Shown here: positions 38,432 through 51,700 of the stretch, piece by piece | Layout: each line of letters begins with the position of its first letter | How positions within the stretch are numbered: position 1 is the first letter of the stretch | Source: Macrostomum lignano | Taxonomy: Eukaryota | DNA: 64,000 nt | Reading direction: 5' to 3' | Assembly: GCA_002269645.1 (NCBI GenBank) | Contig: NIVC01002327.1 | Location: forward strand, 26,852 to 90,851 | Notes under the pieces: model-generated | Told to the model about the DNA's origin: nothing | Seen by the model: the letters and a program-made list of their open reading frames with translations, nothing else | The model's database searches: none | Made by a program: the position numbers and the translations under genes

Positions 38432-39560
38432 GTCGCCATTTTTCAAAACTCAAGGTGCCAGATTTGAAGACCTGGCCGCCATTTTTCAGAACTCAAGGTG
38501 CCGGATTTAAAGACCTGGCCGCCTTTTTTAAACTCAAGGTGCCAGATTTGAAGACCTGGCCGCCAGTTTTTTAAACTCAAGGTGCCAGATTTGAAGACCT
38601 GGCCGCCATTTTTTAAACTCAAGGTGCCAGATTTGAAGACCTGGCCGCCATTTTTTAAACTCAAGGTGCCAGATTTGAAGACCTGGCCGCCATTTTTTAA
38701 ACTCAAGGTGCCAGATTTGAAGACCTGGCCGCCATTTTTCAGAACTCAAGGTGCCAGATTTGAAGACCTGGCCGCCAGTTTTTTAAACTCAAGGTGCCAG
38801 ATTTGAAGACCTGGCCGCCATTTTTTAAACTCAAGGTGCCAGATTTGAAGACCTGGCCGCCATTTTTTAAACTCAAGGTGCCAGATTTGAAGACCTGGTC
38901 GCCACTTTTCAAAACTCAAGGTGCCAGATTTGAAGACCTGGCCGCCATTTTTCAAAACTCAAGGTGCCAGATTTGAAAACCTGGTGGCCATTTTTCAAGT
39001 TCCAAGTGCCAGATTCGAAAACCTGGTGGCCATTTTTCAAGTTCCAAGTGCCAGATTCGAAAACCTGGTGGCCATTTTTCAAGTTCCAAGTGCCAGATTC
39101 GAAAACCTGGTGGCCATTTTTCAAGTTCCAAGTGCCAGATTCGAAAACCTGGTGGCCATTTTTCAAGTTCCAAGTGCCAGATTCGAAAACCTGGTGGCCA
39201 TTTTTCAAGTTCCAAGTGCCAGATTTGAAAACCTGGTTGCCATTTTTCAAGTTCCAAGTGCCAGATTTGAAAACCTGGTGGCCATTTTTCAAGTTCCAAG
39301 TGCCAGATTTGAAAACCTGGCCGCCATTTTTCAAGTTCCAAGTGCCAGATTTGAAGACCTGGCCGCCATTTTTCAAGTTTCAAGTGCCAGATTTGAAAAC
39401 CGGGCCGCCATTTTTCAAGTTTCAAGTGCCAGATTTGAAAACCGGGCCGCCATTTTTCAAGTTTCAGGTGCCAGATTTGAAAACCTGGTGGCCATTTTTC
39501 AAGTTCCAAGTGCCAGATTTGAAAACCTGGTGGCCATTTTTCAAGTTCCAAGTGCCAGAT
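38432..39560. repeat. 42-bp intergenic minisatellite (GGTGCCAGATTTGAAGACCTGGCCGCCATTTTTTAAACTCAA)n in two variant sub-arrays
   Basis: About 27 units; variant switch near 38985. Confidence 0.95.
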
Positions 39561-40003
39561 TCAGCTACAGGAACCAAGTCAGAGAGCGTCCAGGACTTCC
39601 GCTGCATTATTTCCTCGCCTGACAGTTGCAGTTCATATCATTTGCTTCTTAAATTATTCGTGCATTTTCTAAAAATTTGTTGCAGTGCGTCTAATATGCT
39701 ACTGGAATGTTCTTAGTAGTAGTAAATTACTGACAAACAGAAATAAACATTGGCTACAGCCCTGATTAAGGCTCTTGGACAAAAAAAATATTTCATGTTT
39801 GTCTTTCTGAACTTGTGCTTTGTGCTTTGTTACTAATGAGCATTAGTGAATTTAATATTTACCCAAGAAGTGCTATACTTCGCGCATTATAAAAGCACTA
39901 ACAACATGTACTTTTGCTGGAATCCTCTTCGGCTGGGAATTCCCAGCAACCGGCGCGGCAGGAGGACTTGCCAACCCAGGCAGCTTCATCCGACGGTGAA
40001 AAC

Positions 40004-43000
40004 ATGATGGAGCAGCTGGGGCAGGTTGCTGGCGTTGATTGCTGTCAGCAGCCTCCTGTGCCCGATGAAGCGGCTATGGAGCTCGAAGATGATTATGATG
40101 CCGAGGATGTCGATGGGGCCGAGGATGAAATCGACATTCCAATTGCTGGCGGGGTAAGCCGAGCCTGCTATGCCTATTTGATGTGTTCTGTTGACAGCTG
40201 GCTTGTCCTTAAATGACTTTTGAAGTACTCAAGTATACACTTCTTGTAGGGTTCTCATAACTTCCCGGTGGATCAAGATTGCTAGGATATCACCCGAATT
40301 TTTGGGTCACTTTTTTACAAGGGAGTAACATAGCTGACCAGCAAGTACCCTACTGGCATGTATTGTAACTGCTTAGCTTGCTAAGCTAATCTGCTTGTCA
40401 ATGAAATCACCCCGTTGTGAAGGAATTTACCTGGTTATCAAAGTACTCGCCTGGTTGTCAAGGGAATCATCTAGTTGTCAATGTGATTACCTGGTTGTCA
40501 AGGCAATCAACTGGTTGTCAAGGCAATCAACTGGTTGTCAATGTGATTGCCTGGTTGTCAAGAGAATCAACTGGTTGTCAACGTGATTGCCTGGTTGTCA
40601 ATGTGATTGCCTGGTTGTCAATGGAATGAACTGGTTGTCAAGGGAATGAACTGGTTGTCAAGGGAATCAACTGGTTGTCAATGTGGTTTTAGCCTAGTAG
40701 GGGGTTGTAGCCTATTAGGGGTTGTAGCCTAGTGGTTAGAGCATCGGACTCACGACTGGACGGTCGGGGGTTCAATTCTCGATCCATTCGAAACAATTTG
40801 TGTCCTTGGGCAAGACACTTAACTCTGCATTGCTTTAGTTCACCCAGCTGTAAAATTAGCTGGGGTAATTGAGGGCACGGGTGCCAACCACCAGTTATAT
40901 AGTTAATCGTTCAGCAGAATCCCCTGATTGCCCTAGTGCTCAAAGTAGTCACAGTGATCAAAGCTGTTTTTCTGCTTCAACCCAGGAGGAGACGGACGAC
41001 TCCAACGTGAACAGCGGCAGTCGCGCCAGCAGCCGCCTTCAATTGCAGCGCTCCCGATTGCGCCGGGAACGCCTGCTGCTTGGCGACTCGTCCGCGGCCG
41101 AGTGCGGCAGCAGCCGGGTGGACAGTCCGGCCGCCCTGTCGGCCGACGGCTCTATTGAGTCCGGCCGGCGCACCAGGCGCGGCTTCTACCGGATCGAGTC
41201 CGTGGAGACCTCGGCCGGCGAGGAGGGCGACGCCTCAGCCGACGGGGCCGCTGCCGCCGCCGCCGCCTCCGCGTCAAGGCGGTCCGGCGGCGCCGAGGAC
41301 ATCGAAGAAGTGGTCCTCGAGGAAGAGCAAGACCACGACGACGAGGAGGACGACAGCGACGATGATGACAACAGCTTCGGTCGGCCGGCAGCTGGCGGCG
41401 GTGTCGGTGGCGCCGATGCTGGCATCACCGACCGAGAAGTTGACGCCTGCCTGAACTGGGATGCACCGCTGACCCATCACGCCGGACTATTCGGCCTGAT
41501 GCGGGAACGGCACCTGGCCAGGCCGGGACAGTGGGTCAGACAGGTGGGTCCGGCCTCGCGTTTCTAGGAATCCTAGGTTGATGGGGGACTGGTGCTGATC
41601 GGGTATCTAGATTTGTGGGGATCGGGTATCTAGATTGGAGGGATCGGGTATCTGGATTGATGCTGATCGGGTATCTATATTGGTGGGGATCGGGTGTCTA
41701 GATTGATGGAATCGGGTATCTAGATTGGTGGGGATCTGGTATCTAGATTGGTGGGGATCTGGTATCTAGATTGAAATAGGATCGGGTATCTAGATTGGTT
41801 GGTGGGATCGGGTATCTAGATTGGTTGGTGGGATCGGGTATCTAGATTGGTTGGTGGGATCGGGTATCTAGATTGATGGGGATTGGGTATCTTTATTGAT
41901 GGGATCGGGGATCTATGTTGATGTGGGCTAGTCTATAATTTGTCCATGATGACCCCGAACCTGCAGGTGTACACCTGCCCGACAGTGGTGTGCCACCTGT
42001 CCCTCATGCACACCTACGCGGCGCACAATGGCTGCGTAAACGCGCTGAGCTTCTGCCCGTTCAACTCGGATTTGATCGCTAGCGGCTCAGACGATCTCAA
42101 TTGCTGTTTGAGCAGCGTGCGCCGTAAACGAGTTCTCACGACCGGCGCCACCGGTCACCATGCCAACGTGTTCCAGTGCAAGTTCATCAGCGAGAATCAC
42201 GTTGTCACGGCTTCTAGGGACGGACAGGTAAAAAGCTGACTGCAGTTGGAAGTTGCTACAGCTTTGTCAGCAACCTTGATGCTTTTAACTGTACACAGTT
42301 CATGTGCATGATGATCCTCGCAAGTACTGGCCTATCCTTAAAAGTGCCTAATGATCTGCAGAAGTACCCCATGATTCCGAAAAGTATCCTATTATTCTTA
42401 AAAGTACCCCATGATTCTCAAAAATACTCCATGATTCTTAAAAGTACTCCATGATACCTAAAAGTACCACATGATATTCAAAAAGTACACCATGATTCTT
42501 TAAAGTATCCATTGATTATAAAAGTACCCGATGGTACTCAAAAAAGTACCCTATGATTTTTAAAAGTACTCGATGATACTCAAAAAGTTCCCGATGACTT
42601 TTAAAAGTACTCGATGACAACTCAAAAAGTACCCCATAGGCCATAATACTCAAACTACCCAATGATACCCAAAACTACCCATTGATACTCATAAGTACCC
42701 AAAGATACTCAAAAGTATCCTATGATTTAATAGATAGTAGTTATAACAAGCAATCGATCTATCTAAACCTCGTTCCCCTTGTTTTTACATGTAAGCTACT
42801 CACTAAGAGTAGTATACAATGGATTAGAAATGAGCATGACTAGCAGTTCCCCCTCCTCCCTAAAGGTCCGCTTATGCCATTTCTCGCCATCTGGCGACTG
42901 TCACACCAGCCGGCTGGCCAAACACGCAGCCGCCTGTCACAAGCTGAGCGCCGCGCCGCTATTCGAGCCGCACGAGATTCTCAGCGCCGGCGAGGACGCC

Positions 43001-44910
43001 CGGGTGCTTCTTATCGACGTTCGCCAGGCTGGCGCCGACGGTCCGCAGCCGGCTGCCACCAAGCTGACGGTGGTCCGTTCGCCAACTAACCGCGACCGGG
43101 TGCCGCTCTACTCCGTGCACCAGCACCCGCTCCGGCCCAATATCTACTGCGTCTGCGGCCGCGACGATAGTGTCTACGTGTTCGACAAGCGGATGGTCAT
43201 GTCCGACCCGCTGGCCCGTCTGGCCGCGCCCGGCCTCCTGCCCGGCACTCACGTGACCGCCGCCTGCTTCAATCACACGGGCGATTGCGTGCTGGCCTCG
43301 TATAATGACGAGAATATCCACCTGATTGAGTGGTCAACTAAGCGAGTTGTTCGCACCTATCAGGGGCATAGGAACAATGCCACGGTTAAGGGCGTCAATT
43401 TCTACGGGGCCCATTCGGAGTACGTGGTGTCCGGCAGTGACTGCGGCTACGTCTACCTGTGGGACACGGCCACCGCCAGGCTCATGCATAGCTTTAAGGT
43501 TTGCAAAGTCTGTGTTAGCCGCAACCTTGCTGACTCTGTATCTCATCGCTAAGCTGTCCCAATAATCCCCTCCCTAATCCTTCAAACTCGGTCCTAAGCT
43601 GCCCCAATAATCCTCTCCCCAATCCCTTCAAACTCGGCCCTAAGCTGCCCCAATAATCCCCTCCATAATCCTTTAAACTCGGCCCTAAGCTGTCCCAACA
43701 ATCCCCTCCCTAATCCTTCAAACTCGGCCCTAAGCTGCCCCAATAATCCTCTCCCGAATCCCTTCAAACTCGGCCCGAAGCTGCCCCGATAATCTCATCC
43801 TTAATCCCTTCAAACCTCTCGCAGGCTGACGAGACGGGCATTGTGAACGTCCTGGAGCCGCACCCGCAGCATCCAATCCTGGCCACCAGCGGCCTGGACA
43901 ACGATTTCAAACTTTGGCAAGCCGGCTGTACGGAACAGCAGCTGACCGATCGGGAGAGCGGCGCCTCGGCTAGGCTGTTGCGCGACCGGGTGTTCAACAA
44001 TCTTACTGAGCGGGCTAGGGACGCCAGGGTGCAGCCTATGGAACCCAATCTGCTGCTGATGCTTATGCGACAACTGAATCGGCGAGAAAGACGGGTAATT
44101 AATGCTGCGCTGTGTTCTTTATGCGATTGTTGAATTAAACACATAGTATGCATATACTACGTCTCTCAGCCAATCAGAGCCGCTGCGCGCTACTCAGTGT
44201 CTGTTTTTCAGCCAATGAGAGCCGCTCCTCTCTAGTCAGTGTCTGTCTCTCAGCCAATCAGAGCCGCTCCTCTCTAGTCAGTGTCTGTCTCTCAGCCAAT
44301 GAGAGCCGCTCCTCACTAATCAGTGTCTGTCTCTCAGCCAATCAGAGCCGCTGCGCGCTACTCAGTGTCTGTTTTTCAGCCAATGAGAGCCGCTCCTCTC
44401 TAGTCAGTGTCTGTCTCTCAGCCAATCAGAGCCGCTCCTCTCTAGTCAGTGTCTGTCTCTCAGCCAATGAGAGCCGCTCCTCACTAATCAGTGTCTGTCT
44501 CTCAGCCAATCAGAGCCGCTGCGCGCTACTCAGTGTCTGTTTTTCAGCCAATGAGAGCCGCTCCTCTCTAGTCAGTGTCTGTCTCTCAGCCAATCAGAGC
44601 CGCTCCTCTCTAGTCAGTGTCTGTCTCTCAGCCAATGAGAGCCGCTCCTCACTAATCAGTGTCTCTCTCAGCCAATCAGAGCCGCTTCTAAACTTTTGAT
44701 TCGTAAATTGTAATTTACATTAACTTGCCGTCCCATACCCTTCAGTCTCGCCATTTGCTTCGCCGTAGACGAGCTGCCGATGGCGAAGATGACGATGACG
44801 ACGACGACGATGATGATGAAGACGCGGGCGAGGCGACGGACAGCGACATGATGTCGGACACAGAGTCAGACTCGGACGGCGATTCTGGGGCTAGGTGTAT
44901 CCAGTCGTGA
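40004..44910 (+). CDS. DCAF8-like: DCAF8/WDR42A-like WD40 CRL4 substrate receptor, about 678 aa, 6 exons (N-terminus uncertain)
   Basis: Exons 40004-40153, 40986-41543, 41967-42227, 42866-43498, 43825-44094, 44746-44910, all phase 0. Motifs HNGCVNALSF, ASGSDDL, GHHANVFQCKF, RDGQ|VR, YQGHRNNATVKGVNFYG..SEYVVSGSDCG, VNVLEPHP..PILATSGLD, an acidic N-terminus and terminal RCIQS (human QCMPS). The frame is open upstream to 39914. Confidence 0.87.
40428..40682. repeat. 20-bp minisatellite (CTGGTTGTCAAGGGAATCAA-like)n, DCAF8 intron 1
   Basis: About 12 units sharing CTGGTTGTCAA. Confidence 0.9.
40718..40870 (+). mobile_element. tRNA-derived SINE with a CORE/Meta-like central domain, in DCAF8 intron 1
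   Basis: A box TAGCCTAGTGG (40725) and B box GTTCAATTC (40770). Acceptor and anticodon stems do not pair, so it is not a tRNA. Followed by TGTGTCCTTGGGCAAGACACTTAAC...CCCAGCTGTAAAAT, which resembles recalled CORE/Meta SINE cores. Confidence 0.7.
41595..41920. repeat. 22-26 bp minisatellite (GGGATCGGGTATCTAGATTGGT)n, DCAF8 intron 2
   Basis: About 13 variable units. Confidence 0.9.
42330..42725. repeat. Degenerate about 20-bp repeat (AAAAGTACCCCATGATTCT), DCAF8 intron 3
   Basis: Recurrent AAAAGTAC...ATGAT units. Confidence 0.8.
43549..43815. repeat. About 45-bp minisatellite (CTAAGCTGCCCCAATAATCCCCTCCCTAATCCTTCAAACTCGGCC)n, DCAF8 intron 4
   Basis: About 6 units running up to the acceptor. 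Confidence 0.9.
44163..44686. repeat. 42-bp minisatellite (TCAGCCAATCAGAGCCGCTCCTCTCTAGTCAGTGTCTGTCTC)n with a 168-bp higher-order repeat, DCAF8 intron 5
   Basis: Four variant units repeated three times. Confidence 0.95.
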
Positions 44911-45149
44911 CCGTACATCAATTGCAAATTTTTCATTAACAAAAGGCAAGTGTTCTTCGCTGTTTTGGAAACTTCGATAATTGATGCTTTCACAAAAATG
45001 ACAATTTTGAATGCATGCCTGTAGCTGACTACTGATTAGTTAGTATATGCACTTTGAAGGCTTTTTAAGGGACCTGTTTTCGTTTCTTTCATTGTCCTAC
45101 TTTTTCGTTGCTAATAAAACAGCTATTCTGTGAAGATCGGCTGTCCCGC

Positions 45150-45900
45150 CCCATCTCCAGTGTCAGCCAATCAGAGCTCAGCTGTCATATCCCATCTCAA
45201 ACATAAGCCAGTCAGAGCTCAGCTGTCCCAATCCATCTCCAGTGTCAGCCAATCAAACCTCAGCTGTCATAACTCATCTCCAGTGTCAGCCAATCAGAGT
45301 TCAGCTGAGCTGTCTTACAGCCAGTCAATAACAAGCTGTCCATATTAACGGAGCCAATCTTGCTTCCTCTTTATCGCGTGAGCTCCTGTAATACTACTTA
45401 AACTAGTAAATGCATTAAGTCGATCTTGATTACATTTTTGTATATTAGCTATAAAACTGGTTCCGTTTCTGTACTGCTTTTATGCCAGCTGTTTGTACAT
45501 ATCGTTCTAGAAAACGATAAATCAAACCATAAATACTATAATTTGTTGTTTTGGTTATTTTTTTCTGGTTCAATTTGCCTGATTTACTGTCAGGGCATAA
45601 TGCTAATAATGCTAAGAGCATTATTTTGTTATCATATAGCGCTGTGCGCACTTCCCAGCCTGTTCATCCCATCAGCCAATCAGAGCTGAGCTCCAATCCC
45701 AACCCATTCTCCGCCAGCCAATCGAAACTGAGCTCAATTCACTGTCTTCCCACCAGCTAATCAAAACTGAGCTCCATTCCTAACCCATTCTCCGCCAGCC
45801 AATCAGAGCTGAGCTCCAATTTCAACCCAGTCTCCCCGCCAGCCAATTGGAACTAAGCTCCAATCTCAACCCAGTCTCCCCCAGCCAATCAGAGCAAGTT
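45150..45900. repeat. Two clusters of degenerate CAGCCAATCAGAGCT-containing repeats (about 45150-45360 and 45655-45895)
   Basis: Recurrent CAGCCAATC/GAGCTC motifs at about 60-bp spacing. Confidence 0.75.
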
Positions 45901-47261
45901 TTCCCTACAGTAGCAAGCAGGCATTTTTTCGTCTAGTCTGGTCATGTGGCGATTTCTAACTAGCAAATGTAAAACTGCAGTTGGAATTTCTCTAAACCCG
46001 TTGCATCTTCGCCCAAACCTTCGCCCAAATCTGTCTATCAAAGCCGTGTCTTCACTTTTTGCTTGTACATTAGCTAATGCAAATGCTTTAAAATATTGCT
46101 TATACAGTTTCAGATGCATAACGCAAGCACCCTATGGATGATAGTAGAACAAAGATCGTTGGCTCATCGGAGCCTTAATATTTTATGTTATTCATTTATC
46201 AAACACTCATTTGTATTTTTTCATCATTTTGTGCTTTAATCGTCATCTTTTATTGTTTCTCAAGCTCCATAGTTACCATCAGACCAGACATACCGAAGCA
46301 GGATAAGAACAGTGCTTTTTTCTTGACGAAACAAAATATACTGCTATTATGCTTAGATTTCTACTTCCCGTTTCTAGTAGCGTATTCAGGTTGTTTAATT
46401 TTTTTGTGTAAATTGCTTTGTGAATTGCGGCAAATCTAACACAAATACACTGTGTATGAGGAACAGGCAGTCTGCTTGTACCATATGCGACTCTGCTGAA
46501 TCATTAATCATAATTAATATTGCTCAATAAGGTTTTCATATAAGCGTCATCAATTATAAGCGTGCACACCAGCCGCACAGGTGAATATGGCCCCTAATCA
46601 AAAGTACATGTTGGACCTTGGTTAGACCTCATTTTGCTGCGGCCTCCTCGATTAAGTCTGTCATTCATGCATCAGCGTTCAGAGTGTGCTCAATTATTTG
46701 ATGAAGCTTTTAAGACTAAGACTAATAAAGGTGTACATGCAGTAATCTTGGCCTTCACGACTCCGAGAGTGAGCTGCCATACTTCATGAATGCTGAATTA
46801 ATGAGCAGTGTTCTGCCATTTGATCGTTCAGACTGGCTCGCCAATACGCTCGTAGCAGACGATCAATTAAATCGATCTACTCAGCAGCTTGAAGTTTCAC
46901 ATCGCCGAAAAAAGCAGATTTTGCTTAACTCTGGAGCTTGTGGGTAAAGCTTCAAGCTGCATGTGTACACTGTAGGTGCATTCCCTATGTGCAATTGCAC
47001 TTTACTGCAGTTTGCTATGCAGCAATGTTTGCCATGCAATTGACTGCTTTTGTTCAACATTGGAGCTGCTGCTAACCAGGCATTATCCCTGCTTTTGCTC
47101 ACATTTGTTATTCAATCTGCATATGTCATTTATCCCTATGACATATCATGCTGCACCTGTTGCATTCGAGCTGTGAGAATCTGGGGCTGGGATGGACTGG
47201 CCTTTGCCAAGCTGATTTCCGATTTTGCTAAATCGCTTCAGTAGCCTTATAGTGCATGTAG

Positions 47262-48235
47262 CTGAACAGCTGCCCTACAGTAGCTGAACTGCTCTACTGC
47301 AGCTGAACTGCTGCCCTACAGTAGCTGAACTGCTCTACTGCAGCTGAACTGCTCTACTGCTACCCTACAGTAGCTGAGCTGCTGCCCTACAGTAGCTGAG
47401 CTGCTGCCATACAGTAGCTGAGCTGCTGCCCTACAGTAGCTGAGCTGCTGCCCTACAGTAGCTGAACTGCTGCCCTACAGTAGCTGAGCTGCTCAGTGCT
47501 GCCCTACAGCAGCTGAGCTGCTGCCATACAGTAGCTGAGCTGCTCAGTGCTGCCCTACAGCAGCTGAGCTGCTGCCATACAGTAGCTGAGCTGCTGCCCT
47601 ACAGTAGATGCACTGCTGCCCTACAGTAGCTGAACTGCTCTACTGCAGCTGAGCTGCTGCCCCACAGTAGCTGAACTGCTCTACTGCAGCTGAACTGCTG
47701 CCCTACAGTGTAGCTGAACTGCTGCCCTACAGTAGCTGAGCTGCTGCCCTACAGTAGCTGAACTGCTGCCCAACAGTAGCTGAACTGCTGCCCTACAGTA
47801 GCTGAGCTGCTGCCCTATAGTAGCTGAACTGCTCTACTGCAGCTGAACTGCTCTACTGCTGCCCTACAGTAGCTGAACTGCTCTACTGCAGCTGAACTGC
47901 TGCCCTACAGTAGCTGAGCTGCTCTACTGCAGCTGAACTGCTGCCCTACAGTAGCTGAACTGCCCTACAGTAGCTGAACTGCTGCCCTACAGTAGCTGAG
48001 CTGCTGCCCTACAGTGGCTGAACTGCTGCCCTACAGTAGCTGAACTGCTGCCCTACAGTAGCTGAGCTGCTGCACTACAGTAGCTGAACTGCTGCCCTAC
48101 AGTAGCTGAGCTGCTGCACTACAGTAGCTGAACTGCTGCCCTACAGTAGCTGAACTGCTGCCCTACAGTAGCTGAACTGCTGCCCTACAGTAGCTGAACT
48201 GCTGCCCTACAGTAGCTGAACTGCTGCTGCCCCTG
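47262..48235. repeat. 22-bp intergenic minisatellite (GCTGAACTGCTGCCCTACAGTA)n
   Basis: About 43 units with variants. Confidence 0.94.
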
Positions 48236-48786
48236 AACTCATCATTTCATAGTGAGAAAATTTCATACACTAAAGTGGACTTATAGCAGTGAATAAGGCA
48301 GTCAGCAGGCAGCCGGGCTGTCAATTTACGGAAGTGGGCTCGTTGGATAATATAAATGGGGAATTAGTTATATTAAAATGCTAATAAAACTGCCGTCCCT
48401 GTTGCCTATCGCTACCAATAAATAATTCAATTAATTTTACTCGCGTCAAAGGCACACTGTCCTGGGTGGGTGATAGGAAGCTGATAAGTGTGCATGTAAA
48501 TGGCTCAACCTGTCATATATGTACATCGTTAACAACCCCCATAGCCTATCTCTGCCCGCCTAAGTTAATAAAATTGAGTATTGCTTCTGCACTGCACTGG
48601 GATTCGGCAGGTTAACCAACCAGCATACAGTGATGCAGCTCTCCCACCTGTCTGCTACTATAAACCCTATTTGATCCCACCATCTGTATACGATTGTAGC
48701 CTTTCAGCAGCAGCCTGTTTTCTGTTGTAAGTTCTTATGCTGTTGTGTTGCCTGCTGTGTTGTACTCTGACTTCTCAAACTAAATT

Positions 48787-51700
48787 ATGACTTCGCCAGC
48801 TGTGTCTCACCTGTTCGATCGGAGCAGACTCGCGGACGTCGCCCAACAGGACGGTAGGGGCTTCTCTGGAATCTCCAGTTTCTATCCTAGTGCCTCTATA
48901 GTTTCTATCCTAGTGTCTCTATAGTTTCTATCCTAGTGTCTCTATAGTTTCTATCCTAGTGTCTCTATAGTTTCTTTCCTAGTGTCTCTATAGTTTCTTT
49001 CCTAGTGTCTCTATAGTTTCTTTCCTAGTGTCTCTATAGTTTCTATCCTAGTGTCTCTATAGTTTCTTTCCTAGTGTCTCTATAGTTTCTTTCCTAGTGT
49101 CTCTATAGTTTCTTTCCTAGTGTCTCTATAGTTTCTATCCTAGTGTCTCTATAGTTTCTTTCCTAGTGTCTCTATAGTTTCTTTCCTAGTGTCTCTATAG
49201 TTTCTTTCCTAGTGTCTCTATAGTTTCTTTCCTAGTGTCTCTATAGTTTCTTTCCTAGTGTCTCTATAGTTTCTTTCCTAGTGTCTCTATAGTTTCTTTC
49301 CTAGTGTCTCTATAGTTTCTTTCCTAGTGTCTCTCCAGTTTCTATCCTAGTGTCTCTATAGTTTCTTTCCTAGTGTATCTATAGTTTCTTTCCTAGTGTC
49401 TCTATAGTTTCTATCCTAGTGTCTCTATAGTTTCTATCCTAGTGTCTCTATAGTTTCTTTCCTAGTGTCTCTATAGTTTCTATCCTAGTGTCTCTATAGT
49501 TTCTTTCCTAGTGTCTCTATAGTTTCTTTCCTAGTGTCTCTATAGTTTCTTTCCTAGTGTCTCTATAGTTTCTTTCCTAGTGTCTCTATAGTTTCTTTCC
49601 TAGTGTCTCTATAGTTTCTTTCCTAGTGTCTCTATAGTTTCTTTCCTAGTGTCTCTATAGTTTCTTTCCTAGTGTCTCTATAGTTTCTTTCCTAGTGTCT
49701 CTATAGTTTCTTTCCTAGTGTCTCTATAGTTTCTTTCCTAGTGTCTCTATAGTTTCTATCCTAGTGTCTCTATAGTTTCTTTCCTAGTGTCTCTATAGTT
49801 TCTTTCCTAGTGTCTCTATAGTTTCTATCCTAGTGTCTCTATAGTTTCTTTCCTAGTGTCTCTATAGTTTCTATCCTAGTGTCTCTATAGTTTCTTTCCT
49901 AGTGTCTCTATAGTTTCTTTCCTAGTGTCTCTATAGTTTCTTTCCTAGTGTCTCTATAGTTTCTTTCCTAGTGTCTCTATAGTTTCTTTCCTAGTGTCTC
50001 TATAGTTTCTTTCCTAGTGTCTCTCCAGTTTCTATCCTAGTGTCTCTATAGTTTCTTTCCTAGTGTCTCTATAGTTTCTTTCCTAGTGTCTCTATAGTTT
50101 CTATCCTAGTGTCTCTATAGTTTCTATCCTAGTGCCTCTATAGTTTCTATCCTAGTGTCTCTATAGTTTCTATCCAAGTGTCTCTATAGTTTCTATCCTA
50201 GTGTCTCTATAGTTTCCTTCCTAGTGTCTCTATAGTTTCTATCCTAGTGTCTCTATAGTTTCTATCCTAGTATCTCTATAGTTTCTTTCCTAGTGTCTCT
50301 ATAGTTTCTTTCCTAGTGTCTCTATAGTCTATAGTTTCTATCCTAGTGCCTCTATAGTTTCTACCCTAGTGTCTCTATAGTTTCTTTCCTAGTGTCTCTA
50401 TAGTCTATAGTTTCCTTCCTAGTGTCTCTATAGTTTCTATCCTAGTGTATCTATAGTTTCTATCCTAGTGTCTCTATAGTTTCTTTCCTAGTGTCTCTAT
50501 AGTTTCTATCCTAGTGTCTCTATAGTTTCTTTCCTAGTGTCTCTATAGTTTCTTTCCTAGTGTCTCTATAGTTTCTTTCCTAGTGTCTCTCCAGTTTCTA
50601 TCCTAGTGTCTCTATAGTTTCTATCCTAGTGTCTCTATAGTTTCTTTCCTAGTGTCTCTATAGTTTCTTTCCTAGTGTCTCTATAGTTTCTATCCTAGTG
50701 TCTCTATAGTTTCTATCCTAGTGTCTCTATAGTTTCTTTCCTAGTGTCTCTATAGTTTCTATCCTAGTGTCTCTATAGTTTCTATCCTAGTGTCTCTATA
50801 GTTTCTTTCCTAGTGTCTCTATAGTTTCTTTCCTAGTGTCTCTATAGTCTATAGTTTCTATCCTAGTGCCTCTATAGTTTCTATCCTAGTGTCTCTATAG
50901 TTTCTTTCCTAGTGTCTCTATAGTCTATAGTTTCCTTCCTAGTGTCTCTATAGTTTCTATCCTAGTGTCTCTATAGTTTCTTTCCTAGTGTCTCTATAGT
51001 TTCTATCCTAGTGTCTCTATAGTTTCTTTCCTAGTGTCTCTATAGTTTCTATCCTAGTGTCTCTATAGTTTCTTTCCTAGTGTCTCTATAGTTTCTTTCC
51101 TAGTGTCTCTATAGTTTCTTTCCTAGTGTCTCTATAGTTTCTTTCCTAGTGTCTCTATAGTTTCTTTCCTAGTGTCTCTATAGTTTCTTTCCTAGTGTCT
51201 CTATAGTTTCTATCCTAGTGTCTCTATAGTTTCTTTCCTAGTGTCTCTATAGTTTCTATCCTGGTGTCTCTATAGTTTCTATCCTAGTGTCTCTATAGTT
51301 TCTTTCCTAGTGTCTCTATAGTCTATAGTTTCTATCCTAGTGCCTCTATAGTTTCTATCCTAGTGTATCTATAGTTTCTTTCCTAGTGTCTCTATAGTCT
51401 ATAGTTTCCTTCCTAGTGTCTCTATAGTTTCTATCCTAGTGTATCTATAGTTTCTTTCCTAGTGTCTCTATAGTTTCTTTCCTAGTGTATCTATAGTTTC
51501 TTACCTAGTGTCTCTATAGTTTCTTTCCTAGTGTATCTATAGTTTCTTTCCTAGTGTCTCTATAGTTTCTTTCCTAGTGTATCTATAGTTTCTATCCTAG
51601 TGTCTCTATAGTTTCTATCCTAGTGTCTCTATAGTTTCTATCCTAGTGTCTCTATAGTTTCTATCCTAGTGCCTCTATAGTTTCTATCCTAGTGTCTCTA

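Noticed and set aside
40718-40790. Functional tRNA-Val(CAC)
   Set aside because: The acceptor and anticodon stems do not pair and a SINE-like core follows; annotated as a SINE.
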